A DNA stretch of 64,000 bases from Octopus vulgaris (Eukaryota): assembly GCA_951406725.2 (NCBI GenBank), contig OX597831.1, positions 35,464,001 through 35,528,000 on the forward strand, read 5' to 3'. Positions within the stretch are counted from its first letter, which is position 1; every line of letters starts with the position of its first letter. The notes below the pieces were generated by a model. It saw only the letters and a program-made list of their open reading frames with translations. It searched no databases and was not told the origin of the DNA. The position numbers and the translations under genes were made by a program. Of this stretch, positions 27,035 through 39,016 are shown in pieces.

Positions 27035-27384
27035 TCGGAAATCTGCAATGGCTCCATAACTACCATCTTGGCTACAACTTTGGAGCCTTAGTAATCCGTT
27101 ACAGCACTTACCTAGCATTGGGACCCCTTCGCATCGAAGACTGGTGATTGTCATGCACTGACGGCGGGTAAATACCCAGAAACCCCGGGTCGGTGCATAT
27201 CACGTCATGTCGACAATGGGAAGGATGGCTTCCCTTTGCAAATACTGATAGGGCACAAAAAGTGTGTCAATAGCCAGCTGGAGAAGATGTTCTCTTGGGG
27301 CTACAAGTTACAGTAGCATCCACCCTTAGTGGTTAGCCACATTTAAGTGGCAAATATACATCGCATATACCTCATTCAGAGATT

Positions 27385-27388
<4 letters not shown>
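27035..27388 (+). ncRNA. Structured hammerhead-containing element (retrozyme-like), copy 3
   Basis: AUGCA CUGACGG C GGGU-aaau-ACCC A GAAA CCCCGGG UC GGUGCAU (27153-27198), then the GGGCACA/TGTGTC hairpin module. Followed by (TA)n. Confidence 0.6.
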
Positions 27389-27447
<59 letters not shown>

Positions 27448-27459
27448 TTAAAACCTTAT

Positions 27460-27688
27460 TTAGCCCCTTTTAACATTCAGACTCCTCTGTCAAATGTAAT
27501 GCTTATTCATTCTCATTGTTACGAATTAATCATGCATTATCTCATAACTTCAAGATTTCAAAGATAAACTCAACACTTTTAGAATGACATTGTAAGATAG
27601 GTGTAAGAGGCCAGGTTCTGACAGTTTGAACATGAGACAGGTAGAAAATTTTCAGTCGTATATGACCGGTTTAAGCGCTAAAGGGTTA
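27460..27688. mobile_element. piggyBac-type MITE
   Basis: Ends ...CCCCTTTTAACATTCAG and GCTAAAGGGTTAA (TTAA). Relatives at 42371-42600 and 51170-51276. Confidence 0.6.
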
Positions 27689-27814
27689 AAATCTGTATTG
27701 TGTAAATGTTATGCATTAACTTCGTTTATTTGGTAATTTAGGATGCTAATTTTTGTTTATGTGTTTTGGAAGTGTCTTATACTTTGTAATGGTTTATTGA
27801 TTTTTTTTTTATAG

Positions 27815-27861
27815 TTTTGTGGAAAGGAAAACAGAATGATAGTGAGTCAAGGCATGTTAAG
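27815..27861 (+). CDS. CFAP221: CFAP221 exon E, 47 nt (ILWKGKQNDSESRHVK)
   Basis: Poly-T + atag acceptor, AAG|gtaagt donor. Converts phase 1 to phase 0 as needed between D and F. SRHVK parallels the recalled TRQMK. Confidence 0.83.
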
Positions 27862-27947
27862 GTAAGTGGAAGCTTCTCTTAGATGACTGAGTGTAATTTT
27901 TAAATGCTTTGATACTTTGATGCCATTTGGACTGAACTAGGAAACGA

Positions 27948-27979
<32 letters not shown>

Positions 27980-30933
27980 ACGAGAGAGAAAGAGAGAATG
28001 AGAGCAAAAGAGAGAATGAGAAAAAGAGAGAGAAAGAGAAAATGAGAGAGAGGTGGAGAGCGAGAAAAAGAGGGAGAGGGAGAAGAGAGAGAATGAAAGA
28101 GAAAGTGAGAGGAAAAGAAATGGGGGGAGAAAGAGGAAGGGAGAGAAGGAGAATGAGAGAAGAAAGAGAGCGAGCGACACAAATAGAGAGAGGGGAGGAG
28201 AGAGACAAATAGATTGAGGAGGAGTGAGAGAAAGGGACACAAACAGAGTGTGAAAGACCATAAATGAAACAGAGAGTAAGAGAAAGTCAGAGAGAGACAG
28301 ACAGATAGAGAGAGAAGGAGAAGGAGAGGGAAAGATAAAAGGAGAATGAGAGAAAGAGAGATGGATAGAGAGGAAGCTTCTGGATAGTTATTCAACCTGG
28401 GAGAAGTAGCAGCTAATTCTCCCTCAAATCATGGAGTCACCATATTAAACAATAGAATGGTAAGAGTAATTTTAGGCACATCACATCTGGAAAATAGAGA
28501 AAAGAAAAGAAAAAGATAAGATGACCATGTTTTGAAAGCCTTCAGTCACAGGCCTTGTCTACCAAGGTTGACCAGGGGGAGTGGTTGGCCCTCTTTGAGC
28601 ACCTTCAGTCATCATTACCGTTCTTGGTACCAACTTGTCTGAGATCATCCTTGTTCCATGATACAAATCTCCCTGTTTTCAAGTGATATGAATTAAAACT
28701 TCCCATCAGAATTCCGTGTTGATTTATGCTCTGCAAAACACCAATTTAATAATGCCAAAGTTATTTTACTGAATTCTTTATCATTTTCAAAATTAATTGA
28801 AAGATTGGCATTGTATTTCAACTAAAATATGGTAACTAAACGATTAATGCCAACAACAATAACAATAACAGCAACAGCAATTACTTTAAAATAACTTGGG
28901 GTTTTCATGTAACTTTATGAAGTGAAGAACATAGCAGTTTGTATCACGACTAAAATAGAAAACATAAATGTGTGATCCGCTCTCTTATTTGGTTGCTATG
29001 GAAATAGGATAAAACTCCTTCTCGGGTCATATTGACTCATAGGGTTGGTTTCCAGTATGCATGGTGTGTATATTTCTCTCTGGATGGGATATCAGGCTAT
29101 TATTGCTGATTTACTCATCTTTGCCAGCGGAGTGGACTGGAGCAATGGGGAATGAAGTGTTTTGCTCAAGGACACAATGCGTCACCCAGTCCAGGATCGA
29201 AAGCACAATCTGACACTCATAAGTCCAACACCTTATTCAGAAAGCCTCGTACCTTCCACTTTGGCTTCTATGACTCAGATATGACAAGGGTTGACAATTA
29301 TTGGAACTTGAGAGCACTTTCCAAAGAAAGTCAACTGATGCTCATCCATCTTTGGATAAAGATGCTAATTTCTGGCTTTTTGTCAAATACATTCTTTCAA
29401 GAATTACTTCATCCAATATTCTTTTATTCTTTTACTTGTTTCAGTCATTTGACTGTGGCCATGCTGGAACACTGCCATTAATCGAGCAAATTGATTTCAG
29501 GACTTATTCTTTGTAAGCTTAGTACTTATTCTATCGGTCTCTTTTGCCGAACCATTAAGTTACGGTGACGTAAACACAACAGCATCAGTTGTCAAGCAAT
29601 GTTGGGGGGACAAACTCACATACAATCATATACACATGCATACATATATACATATATACTATAGGCTTCTTTCAGTTTCCGTCTACCAAATCCATTCACA
29701 AGACTTTGGTTGGCCCCAGGCTATAGTAGAAGACACTTGCCCAAGGTGCCATGCAGTGGGACTAAACCTGTAACTATGTGGTTGGTAAGCAAGCTACTTA
29801 CCACACAGCCACTCCTGCACCTATGCTACTTTTTTCTTCATAACTGGTTAGAGTGTTAGATTCATGACTGTAAGATAGTGGTTTCAGTCCCAGGACCAAG
29901 CGATCCGTTGTGCCCTTGGAGCAAAACACTTCGTTTCTTGTTACTCCAGTCCACTCAACTTTAGAAACGAATTTAGCCTGGAGACGGATGGGCTTCACCA
30001 TGCTTTCTTGCCCTAGATACACTGCATAGCTGCTGTACGCCAATGACACCCTGGGGGTTAAGGGACTTGTCAATTGTCAAATTTATCAGTTTGGCAAAAG
30101 AAACCAATAGAAAATATGTTGTGATCAATTCCTTCGACTAAAAGTTCTTTGAGGTAGTGCCGCATCATGGCCACAGTCTAATAGCTGAAATGGGTAAAAG
30201 AAAAAAGGGAAAACACTACTACTAATAATAATTTCTTTTATATTTTACTAAAGGAACAGATGATATTAAGGGGCAGAGAATATACTACTGCACTCTGTTG
30301 GTTATGACGACGAGGGTTCCAGTTGATCTAATCAACGGAACAGCCTGCTCGTGAAATTGGCATGCAAGTGGCTGAGTACTCCACAGATATGTGTATCCAT
30401 AATGTAGTTCTTGGGGAGATTCAGCATGACAGAGAGTGTGACAAAACTGGCCCTTTGAAATACAGGTACAACAGAAACAGGAAGAAAGAGTGAGAGAAAG
30501 TTGTGGTGAAAGAGTACAGCAGGGTTTGCCACCAACCCCTGCCAGAGCCTCGTGGGGCTTTGAAGTGTTTTTGCTCAATAAACACTCATAAAGCCCGGTC
30601 TGGGAATCAAAACCACGATCCTATGACTGCGATTCCGCTGCCCTAAACACTGGGCCATTACACCTCCACAGACGATACAAAGACAGGCATGAAGTATGGG
30701 GATTTGCATAGAATGAAATGGTTTTAATAAAAAAAGCATACGTGGTATACAGAATTACCAAAAGTAATGAATGCAAATATACATGGTATACAGCAAACCT
30801 CCTGATATTGGAGGACTTGTCAATCAAGGAACCCCACTATCCTTGAGCATTAGGGCCAAGTTCTCTCTTCAACTTTTACTCTCTCATTTAGGGAATAATG
30901 ATACTAATAATAAACCAAAATGTTCTAATTAAG

Positions 30934-31086
30934 GCAGTTACCTTTGAGAACTCCATACAGCAGCTGATCAAAGAAGAACGGCAAAATCAACTGCGTTGGC
31001 AGAAGAAGGTTGGTGAAGATGCCATGAGTGCAGAATCAAAGCTCATTGAACAGGATTATTGGAAACAGCTCTGGGAAAACCATAAA
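30934..31086 (+). CDS. CFAP221: CFAP221 exon F (AVTFENSIQQLIKEERQNQLRWQKKVGEDAMSAESKLIEQDYWKQLWENHK)
   Basis: ttctaattaag acceptor (an in-frame alternative AG would start the exon at 30892), AAA|gtaaga donor. EERQNQLRWQ..G.D.MS resembles the recalled EEMENHLKWQVHLGKDPMS. Confidence 0.88.
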
Positions 31087-31159
31087 GTAAGATTTTGAAA
31101 ATGAATAAAATATTTTGTGAAAAATTTTTTTTCTTTTCCTGAATATTTGTCAAATTTTA

Positions 31160-31264
31160 TTTCACAAATTGTTAAATTTAAATGCTTGGTTGATCGGATC
31201 AACTGAAAGCCTCATTGTTGTAATCGACAAAGTGCCAGTCATTATATATATATATATACATACA

Positions 31265-31328
<64 letters not shown>

Positions 31329-31418
31329 TATATAATAACTGGTACTCTATTGGTTATGATAACGAGGGTTCTAGTTGATCCGATTAACCAAGCATTTAAA
31401 CTTAAAGATTTGTGAAAT
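31160..31418. repeat. Inverted repeat: two tail-to-tail SINE-C 3' ends with a shared flank around (TA)n
   Basis: TTTCACAAAT..TTTAAATGCTTGGTTGATCGGATCAACT.. mirrors ..AGTTGATCCGATTAACCAAGCATTTAAA..ATTTGTGAAA. Confidence 0.8.
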
Positions 31419-31488
31419 ATATATACATACATGCACACTTACACACACACATATATATGCATATATATGTATGTATATATATATATAT

Positions 31489-31692
31489 ATACTACAAAAT
31501 TAGAAAATGGAGAATATATATTATATTTTATATTTTATATTTCTATTTCCTTGTCTAATTATATTTACAATATATTTTGTATAATGCCTTTGCTGTTATG
31601 TAATGGTGTAATAAAGTATTGATTGGGTATCATCTGATGGTTGATGTTTGATTGATTTAAGTATGTTTCTCCATTTTCTAATTTTGTAGTAT
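31489..31692. repeat. Perfect 26-bp inverted repeat, about 150 bp spacer
   Basis: ATACTACAAAATTAGAAAATGGAGAA (31489-31514) and TTCTCCATTTTCTAATTTTGTAGTAT (31667-31692). Confidence 0.85.
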
Positions 31693-31852
31693 TAATTTAC
31701 GGTAATATTTTTACCTTTGCCCACATAATACAGTAGATGAATTAATTGCTTGGCAATTTTTAACATTTATGTATTAGTCTTGTTGGGTACCTCTCTAGCA
31801 GTATATTGGATATATGTTATCCCATGGTGGGTTGAATTTTCAACCCCTATCT

Positions 31853-31900
<48 letters not shown>

Positions 31901-31975
31901 TCATACACACACACACACACATATTGAGTATGTATGTATATACACACACAACATAACAACATATGTGTGTGTATC

Positions 31976-32016
<41 letters not shown>

Positions 32017-32018
<2 letters not shown>

Positions 32019-32175
32019 ATAACTCCAAAAGTTTTCTATTCTTGCTCTGTTTATTTCCTCATGTTCCTTTCTGTTGAAGAGTGTAGGCTCGAAACATAAA
32101 AGACTTTCTCACCTTCCCGAGCATTAAACTAATACACATGTCTTCGTCTTTTGTTTTTCTGTAAATTTCAACTGT
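32017..32175 (+). mobile_element. Penelope-like pseudo-LTR fragment with minimal hammerhead motif (32067-32102)
   Basis: CUUU CUGUUGA A GAGU-guag-GCUC GAAA CA UA AAAG, (TA)n flanks. Confidence 0.62.
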
Positions 32176-32182
32176 ATATGTA

Positions 32183-32232
<50 letters not shown>

Positions 32233-32576
32233 CACATGGCTTTAATAGTTACTATATTCACCTTCCAATCGTAAGGTTATGAGTTCAGTTCTTGGTGATG
32301 TGTTGTGTCCTTGAGCAAGATACTTTATTTCATGTTGCTCCAGTCCATTTAGCTAGCAAAAGTGAGTAGTACCTGTAATTCAAAGGGGCCAGCCTTGTCA
32401 CATTCCGTGTCATGCTGAATCTTCCTCAGAACTACATTAAGGGTACACGTGTCTGTGGAGTGCTCAGCCACTTGCACCTTAATTTCATGAGCAGGCTGTT
32501 CCATTAATCGGATCTATTGGAACCCTTGTCATTGTCACCAACGGAGTGCCAGTTATTATATATATGTATGAGTGTG

Positions 32577-32611
<35 letters not shown>

Positions 32612-32637
32612 GTATGTATATATATTTATGTATGTAT

Positions 32638-32728
32638 GCGTGGCACCTTGGGTAAGTGTCTTCTTCTATAGCCTCGGGCCGACCAAAGCCTTGTGAGTGG
32701 ATTTGGTAGACGGAAACTGAAAGAAGCC

Positions 32729-32766
<38 letters not shown>

Positions 32767-33304
32767 CAACAATACGGCACAATTATTTCACCTCAATTGG
32801 CCCCGCTCTCTTTAACATTACACCAAAACACATTAAAACAGAAACTGACCCTATAGGGTTCAAGAAGTCTTTGGACAGATTCCTTCAAGAAATCCCGGAT
32901 AAACCCCCTATACCCGGATATGTCTCTGTAAACAATAACTCTCTACTTGAGTGGGCCATAGTGCCCAAATTCTGATTTGAAAGACTTCACCAGGTGGTGC
33001 TATTAAGTTAGACATGGCCTGGGCCAATAATGGCCGAAACCTATCAAAGTATCAAAGTATATATATATATATATATATGCATGTGTGTGTTTGTGTGTCT
33101 GTGTTTGTCCCCCTAGCATTGCTTGACAACCGATGCTGGTGTGTTTATGTCCCCGTTACTTAGCGATTCGGCAAAAGAGACCAATAGAATAAGTACTGGG
33201 CTTACAAAAGAATGAGTCCCGGGGTCAAGTTGCTCGATTAAAGGCGGTGCTCCAGCATGGCCGCAGTCAAATGACTGAAACAAGTAAAAGAGTAAAAGAG
33301 AGAG
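32638..33304 (+). mobile_element. SINE family B interrupted by a LINE in its internal (TA)n
   Basis: The 5' half 32638-32735 and 3' half 33080-33304 are collinear with the intact copy at 37531-37937. Confidence 0.8.
32763..33060 (+). mobile_element. CR1/L2-group LINE 3' end
   Basis: TTIRHNYFTSIGPALFNITPKHIK..FKKSLDRFLQEIPDKPPIPGY..NNNSLLEW..*, then a 3' UTR with GGCC..GGCC stem and (TATCAAAG)2 tail. Confidence 0.75.
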
Positions 33305-33669
33305 TATATATATATATATATATATATATAAATACATATATTCACACACAGATACACACACAAAGTTGCAAAATCTTGTAGCTATGGTGTTGCATTCATG
33401 ATCTCAAGAATGTGTCTTTGATTCCTTGACTGGGTCTGCATTGTGTTCTTGAGCAGAACCCTTTATTTCACATTCCTCCAGTCCACTTAACTGTAAATGG
33501 GTGTCACTGGCATTCAGTTTAAAGGGAATGTCAGCCTACCCTCCTATCCAACAGGGTACTATCCTTCGAAAGCCACAACAATGCCAGCGGCATATAAGAA
33601 CATTTGATAGTTTGGTCAATAATAGTGATGGATCTTTACCTTTTGACTGACAGATTTAAAAAAGTTACC

Positions 33670-33905
33670 TTCCCAAGTCATGCTGACTCATAAGGGCTGG
33701 TTTCAGTGGCATATATATTCTGCACCTGGATGAGATGATAGTCTCTCACAGGATTACTTCCTTTTGCCAGCTGAGTGGACTGGAGCAATGTGAAATGAAG
33801 TGTTTTTGCTCAAAAACACAATGTGTTGCCTGGTCCAGGAATTGAAACCACAATCTTACAGTCACGAGTCTAACACCCTAACCACTAAGCCATGTGCCTC
33901 CACTA
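33670..33905 (-). mobile_element. tRNA-derived SINE family E
   Basis: Minus-strand head GGCACATGGCTTAGTGGTTAGGGTG..GGTTTCAATTCC. Relatives at 2385-2580, 29020-29260 and 29830-29970. Confidence 0.7.
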
Positions 33906-34367
33906 CTCACTCATGGTGGGTTGTGCTGGGACTGAACCCAAAACCATGTGGCTGGGAAGCAAACTTCTTAACCATACACCCATGCTTGCATCTGTTATAC
34001 TTTTTTGTTTTCCTTTATTGCTTGATTCATCATCATCATCATTTAGCATCCATTGTCCCTGTTGGCATGGGTTGGACAGTTTGACCAGGGCTGGTAAGCT
34101 GAGGGGCTGCACCAGACACCAGTCTGTTTTGGCCTGGTTTCTATGACTGAATGCCCTTCCTGAAGCCATCCACTCCAAGAGTGCAATGCATGATTTTACA
34201 TGCAACTGGCACAAGTGCCAGTTGTGTGACACCCAGTATCTGCCATGACTCATTTCACTTGGCTTGATGGAAATTTTCGTCCATGTTTGTTCTTTTTTTA
34301 TTTTTGTGCCTAAGAATGATTTTTTTGGTGAATTCAGATTTTCCCTGTTTTGCTTCTTTCCTTACAG

Positions 34368-34448
34368 TCCCGATTCAATCATGATCCTCGAAACTATTCC
34401 CATGAGACCGAGCAGTTTTATAGAAGAACAATGCGCATATATGACGAG
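34368..34448 (+). CDS. CFAP221: CFAP221 exon G (SRFNHDPRNYSHETEQFYRRTMRIYDE)
   Basis: Long pyrimidine tract + ttacag acceptor, GAG|gtaagt donor, 81 nt in phase 0-0. Confidence 0.8.
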
Positions 34449-34462
34449 GTAAGTTTTTTAAG

Positions 34463-34805
34463 TTCTATATTTGAGAGATGAGGAATTATGTACATTATGT
34501 ACATTATTTACATTTGACGGATTTTTGTCCTCATCTTGTTTGTTGGTAGCACAACATTTCAGCTGATATACACTCCAGCCTTCATCAGGTGTCTTGGGGA
34601 AATTTCAAACTTTGGTTCTCATTCCTAAGGTATTTTTTCGATGTTGTTATTATTACTATTATTCAGGTCACTGCTTGGAATCGAACTCGGAATCCTGGGG
34701 TTAGTAGTCCACGTTCTTAACCACTATGCCATAGCCTGTGGTTTAGAACCTGGGCTACTAACCCCAAGATTCCGAGTTCGATTCCAGGCAGTGATCTGAA
34801 TAGTG

Positions 34806-34847
<42 letters not shown>

Positions 34848-34982
34848 TTGAAAAAATACCTTACGAATGAGAACCCAGGTTCGAAATTTCTCCAAGAAAC
34901 CTGATGAAGGCTGGAGGGTCAGCGGAAACATTGTGTTAACGACAAGCAAGATGAGGACAAATATCCGTCAAATGTAAATAAT
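34463..34982. mobile_element. Palindromic head-to-head dimer of a tRNA-headed, hammerhead-tailed element with a 14-bp TSD
   Basis: Arms 34500-34724 and 34738-34985 are inverted copies, with A/B boxes at the centre. Hammerheads at 34548-34593 (-) and 34896-34937 (+). TSD GTAAGT(T/C)TTTTAAG at 34449-34462 and 34983-34996. Confidence 0.78.
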
Positions 34983-35680
34983 GTAAGTCTTTTAAGGTAC
35001 TGTTTTCCTTATCAGCTCACCTGTTCCTCTCATCTATCTTGTTACCTCTCTCTCCCACCTTCTTTTCCTCTCTTTCCCTCTCCCTCTTCCTCTCTGTTCC
35101 TCTACCTCCTCCTCCCTTTCTCTCTCTCCCTCTGACTGGATAAGTAGGTACTTCCTCTTTAACAAGATACCTGTTTCTGCCTCTCTATCTGTCTTGCTCA
35201 AAAACACAACACACAGCCCAATCCAGGAACCGAACTCACTACCTCATGATTGTGAGTTTCATGCTCTAACCACTGAGCCATGTACTATCTTAAATATACC
35301 TACATACATACATCTTTCTCTCTCTCTCTCTTTCTCTCTTTTTCTGCAAGACACTTGCTCCTCTCTCTCTATCATAGTTTCTTATGCCTTATTACTATTC
35401 CCTACTTTGTTGAAGGGTCTTCCCTGTCTTGTGGATATATGGTGACCCCACCAGTGTTGGTGCTGGGGACAAAAATACATGCAGTGCATTCTTTTGAAGT
35501 GATTGGCATTAAGAAAGGACATCCATCTGTCGAAACCATGCCAAAGCAGATTTTGGAGCTTGGTGCAGCCCTCTGGCTAGTCAGTTCATGTCAGACTGTC
35601 CAACCCGTGCCAGCATGGAAAAGAAGGGATGTTAAATGAGGAAGATGACGATGATGACTATGGTGATGATGATGATGATA

Positions 35681-35716
<36 letters not shown>

Positions 35717-35745
35717 ACGATGATGATTATGATGATGATGTTGAT

Positions 35746-35776
<31 letters not shown>

Positions 35777-36456
35777 AGGCCTTCTTTCAGTTTCTCTACC
35801 AGATCCACTCACCATCATCCTGATCATCATCATCATCCTCATCATCATTGTCTTGATGTCCACTTTTACATGCTTTCACGGGTCCGACAATATTTGAATA
35901 TTTGCTGACTGTACTTCAATAGAATTACAGTGATGGAAAGGTTGAAATCTAAGAAGTTGAATTCATAAAGAAGGAAAGAAGTGTATTTGAAAATCACATG
36001 AAACGATGTCATGGCTCTATGCCCTGCTCATGCATTCTCCACTTGGCGAAACTAATTTCTCTGAAGTTTCCACGGATCACCTGCAATTAATGCTCGTGAC
36101 TTAATTAACGTATTACCGTGTGTCGTTGTCATCATCATCATCATCATCGTCGTCATCACTTACTTGTGCTTTACTTCTGATGCATAATAATCCATGTAGT
36201 CTGGTCTTTTACATGCACAGACAGACGTACAGAGGTAAAAAAGAAAAAAGTGGGAGAAGAAAGGGAGAAAAAGGGAGAAAAAGAAAAACAAGAACGCAAA
36301 ACAACCCCCCCCCTCCCCGGTTGGTAATGGAAGCGTAAACAAAAAATTCTTCAATGGATGTTGTCATTGAAGAGTTATGAGTTATTTGTGTGTGTGTGCC
36401 TGTGTGTCTAGATGTGTGTGTATGTGTCTGCCTGTGTGCATGCATGTGTGTGTATC

Positions 36457-36491
<35 letters not shown>

Positions 36492-37530
36492 GTATACATA
36501 TAACCACTCTATGAGTGTAGTGGTTACTTTTTACATACCACTGGCATGGGTGCCAGTTATGTAAAATCAATATCGACCGTGACTATGATCTCCCTTGGCT
36601 GGACGGGTCTTCTCACGCATGGTATATCACCAAAGATCTCGGTCACTTGTCACTGCCTCTGTGAGCCCTAATGTTCAAACAGTGCTTTTTACATACCACT
36701 GGCATGGGTGCCAGTTATGTAACGTCAATATCGACCGTGACTATGATCTCCCTTGGCTGGATGGGTCTTCTCAGGCATGGTAATGCCACTAGCATGGGTG
36801 CCATTTACGTAATGCCAGCATCGGACATGACTATGATCTCACTTGACTTGAAAGGTTTTCTCAAGCACGGTATATTGCCAGTGGTTTCCATCACTCGTCA
36901 CTGCCTCTGTGAGGCCTAATGTTCGAACAGTGCTGTCTTCATGCCACTGGCATGGATGCCGGTTATGCGACACTGGAGCAATAGTTGTGGCCAATGCCAC
37001 TGTTACATGTCTGGCACTCATGCTGGTGGCATGTGACAAGTACCCTTTGAATGATGGGCGATATGCCGGGCTTGAGAAGACCCATCAAGCCAAATGGAAT
37101 TACAGACATGGCCGATGCCAGTGTCATGAACTGGCACCCATGTGCCACATACATATATACTATATATGCACACTAACATATATATACATAAATATACATG
37201 CATATATATATATATATATACATGCATGTGTGTGTATATATATATTTATGCTTGTGTGTGTTGGTTCCTCAGCATGGCTGCAGTCTAATGATTGAAACAG
37301 GTAAAAGGTATATATATATATATATATATACACACATAAAAAATAAGTCCTGGGGTTGAATTGTTTAACTAAAAGCTTTAAAGGCGATGCTCCAGCATGG
37401 CCGTAGTCAAATGACTGAAACCAGTGAAAAGATCAAAGAAAATGAATAAAGGAATGTATACATACACACATACAGTGTATGCATGCATACGCATACAATG
37501 CATACATACACTCATACAATTTGTACACAT

Positions 37531-37937
37531 AGGCACTGGAGTGGCTGTGTGGTAAGTAGCTTGTCTACCAACCGCATGGTTCCGGGTTCAGTCCCACTGC
37601 GTGGCACCTTGGGCAAGTGTCTTCTACTATAGCCTCGGGCTGACCAAAGCCTTGTGAGTGGATTTGGTAGACGGAAACTGAAAGAAGCCCGTTGTATACA
37701 TGTATATATATATATGCGTGTGTGTGTTTGTGTGTCTGTGTTTGTCCCCTAGCATTGCTTGACAACCGATGCTGGTGTGTTTATGTCCCCGTTACTTAGC
37801 GGTTCGGCAAAAGAGACCGATAGAATAAGTACTGGGCTTACAAAAGAACAAGTCCCGGGGTCGAGTTGCTCGATTAAAGGCGGTGCTCCAGCATGGCCGC
37901 AGTCAAATGACTGAAACAAGTAAAAGAGTAAAAGAGT
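37531..37937 (+). mobile_element. SINE family B, full-length young copy
   Basis: TGGCTGTGTGG A-box-like and GGTTCAGTCCC B-box-like motifs. Highly similar to 60042-60480. Confidence 0.88.
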
Positions 37938-38624
37938 ATAATGTATATACACACGTACACACAAAGATGTGTGTGTACATGCGTGTGTGCATGAAGTGTA
38001 CATGTATGTGTTTGCGTGGACGTGAAATTTCAGATTACGCGGTTAAAAAAAAAAAAATTTAGCAAAAAAATGTATGTTTGAAAATTAAAGACACGAGGTA
38101 ACTCGTTTCTCGGGCTGCACTCAATGGCCAAAATGATGGAAGAATCTGGTGGAAAGGAAAAATGGTAATTCCCACTCAAGCACTCAGAGAACAAACAACT
38201 TTCTGAAAACTCTGTTGTGATGAATATTCATTTTTCTGTTTTTGGACATCTGGTTATCAGGAAATCTAAGAAATTACTTATGCTTCAAAGTAAATTATTT
38301 ATTTCTATGTAGACTGCCAGAAGGCAGCTGGTTTCACTTCTCTCTTGTCTGTTGTTGTTATTTCATTGGTTGGTCGGTTGGGTGGGTGGGTGGGTGGTTG
38401 GTTCTCTCTTTTGTTTCATGTATGCGTTATGTATGTGTAAATATGCATATACGTGCACACATACACTTGTATTTATATCTATCTATCTCTCTCTCTATAT
38501 ATACATATATATACACACACATACACACACACAAATACACACATATACATACATGCATGTGTATGTATGTACATATATGCATAGAGATATATGTACACAT
38601 AAATATATATGAATGTATACATAC

Positions 38625-38666
<42 letters not shown>

Positions 38667-38808
38667 GCATATATGTATGTATACTCAAACATATACATAT
38701 ATATGTGCATGTGTATGTGTGTACACACATACACACATTTATGTGCATACATGCACATACATGTGTGTAAAATGTGTGTATATATATGCATGTGTATATA
38801 CATATATT

Positions 38809-38848
<40 letters not shown>

Positions 38849-38932
38849 GTCATATGTATATATGTATAAATATATATATATATACATATATATATGTATA
38901 TGTGCCTGTGTATATATTTATGTAAATATATG

Positions 38933-39016
<84 letters not shown>

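Noticed and set aside
34662-34800. tRNA genes
   Set aside because: A/B boxes are present but there is no intact acceptor stem. These and the other tRNA-like sequences are SINE heads.
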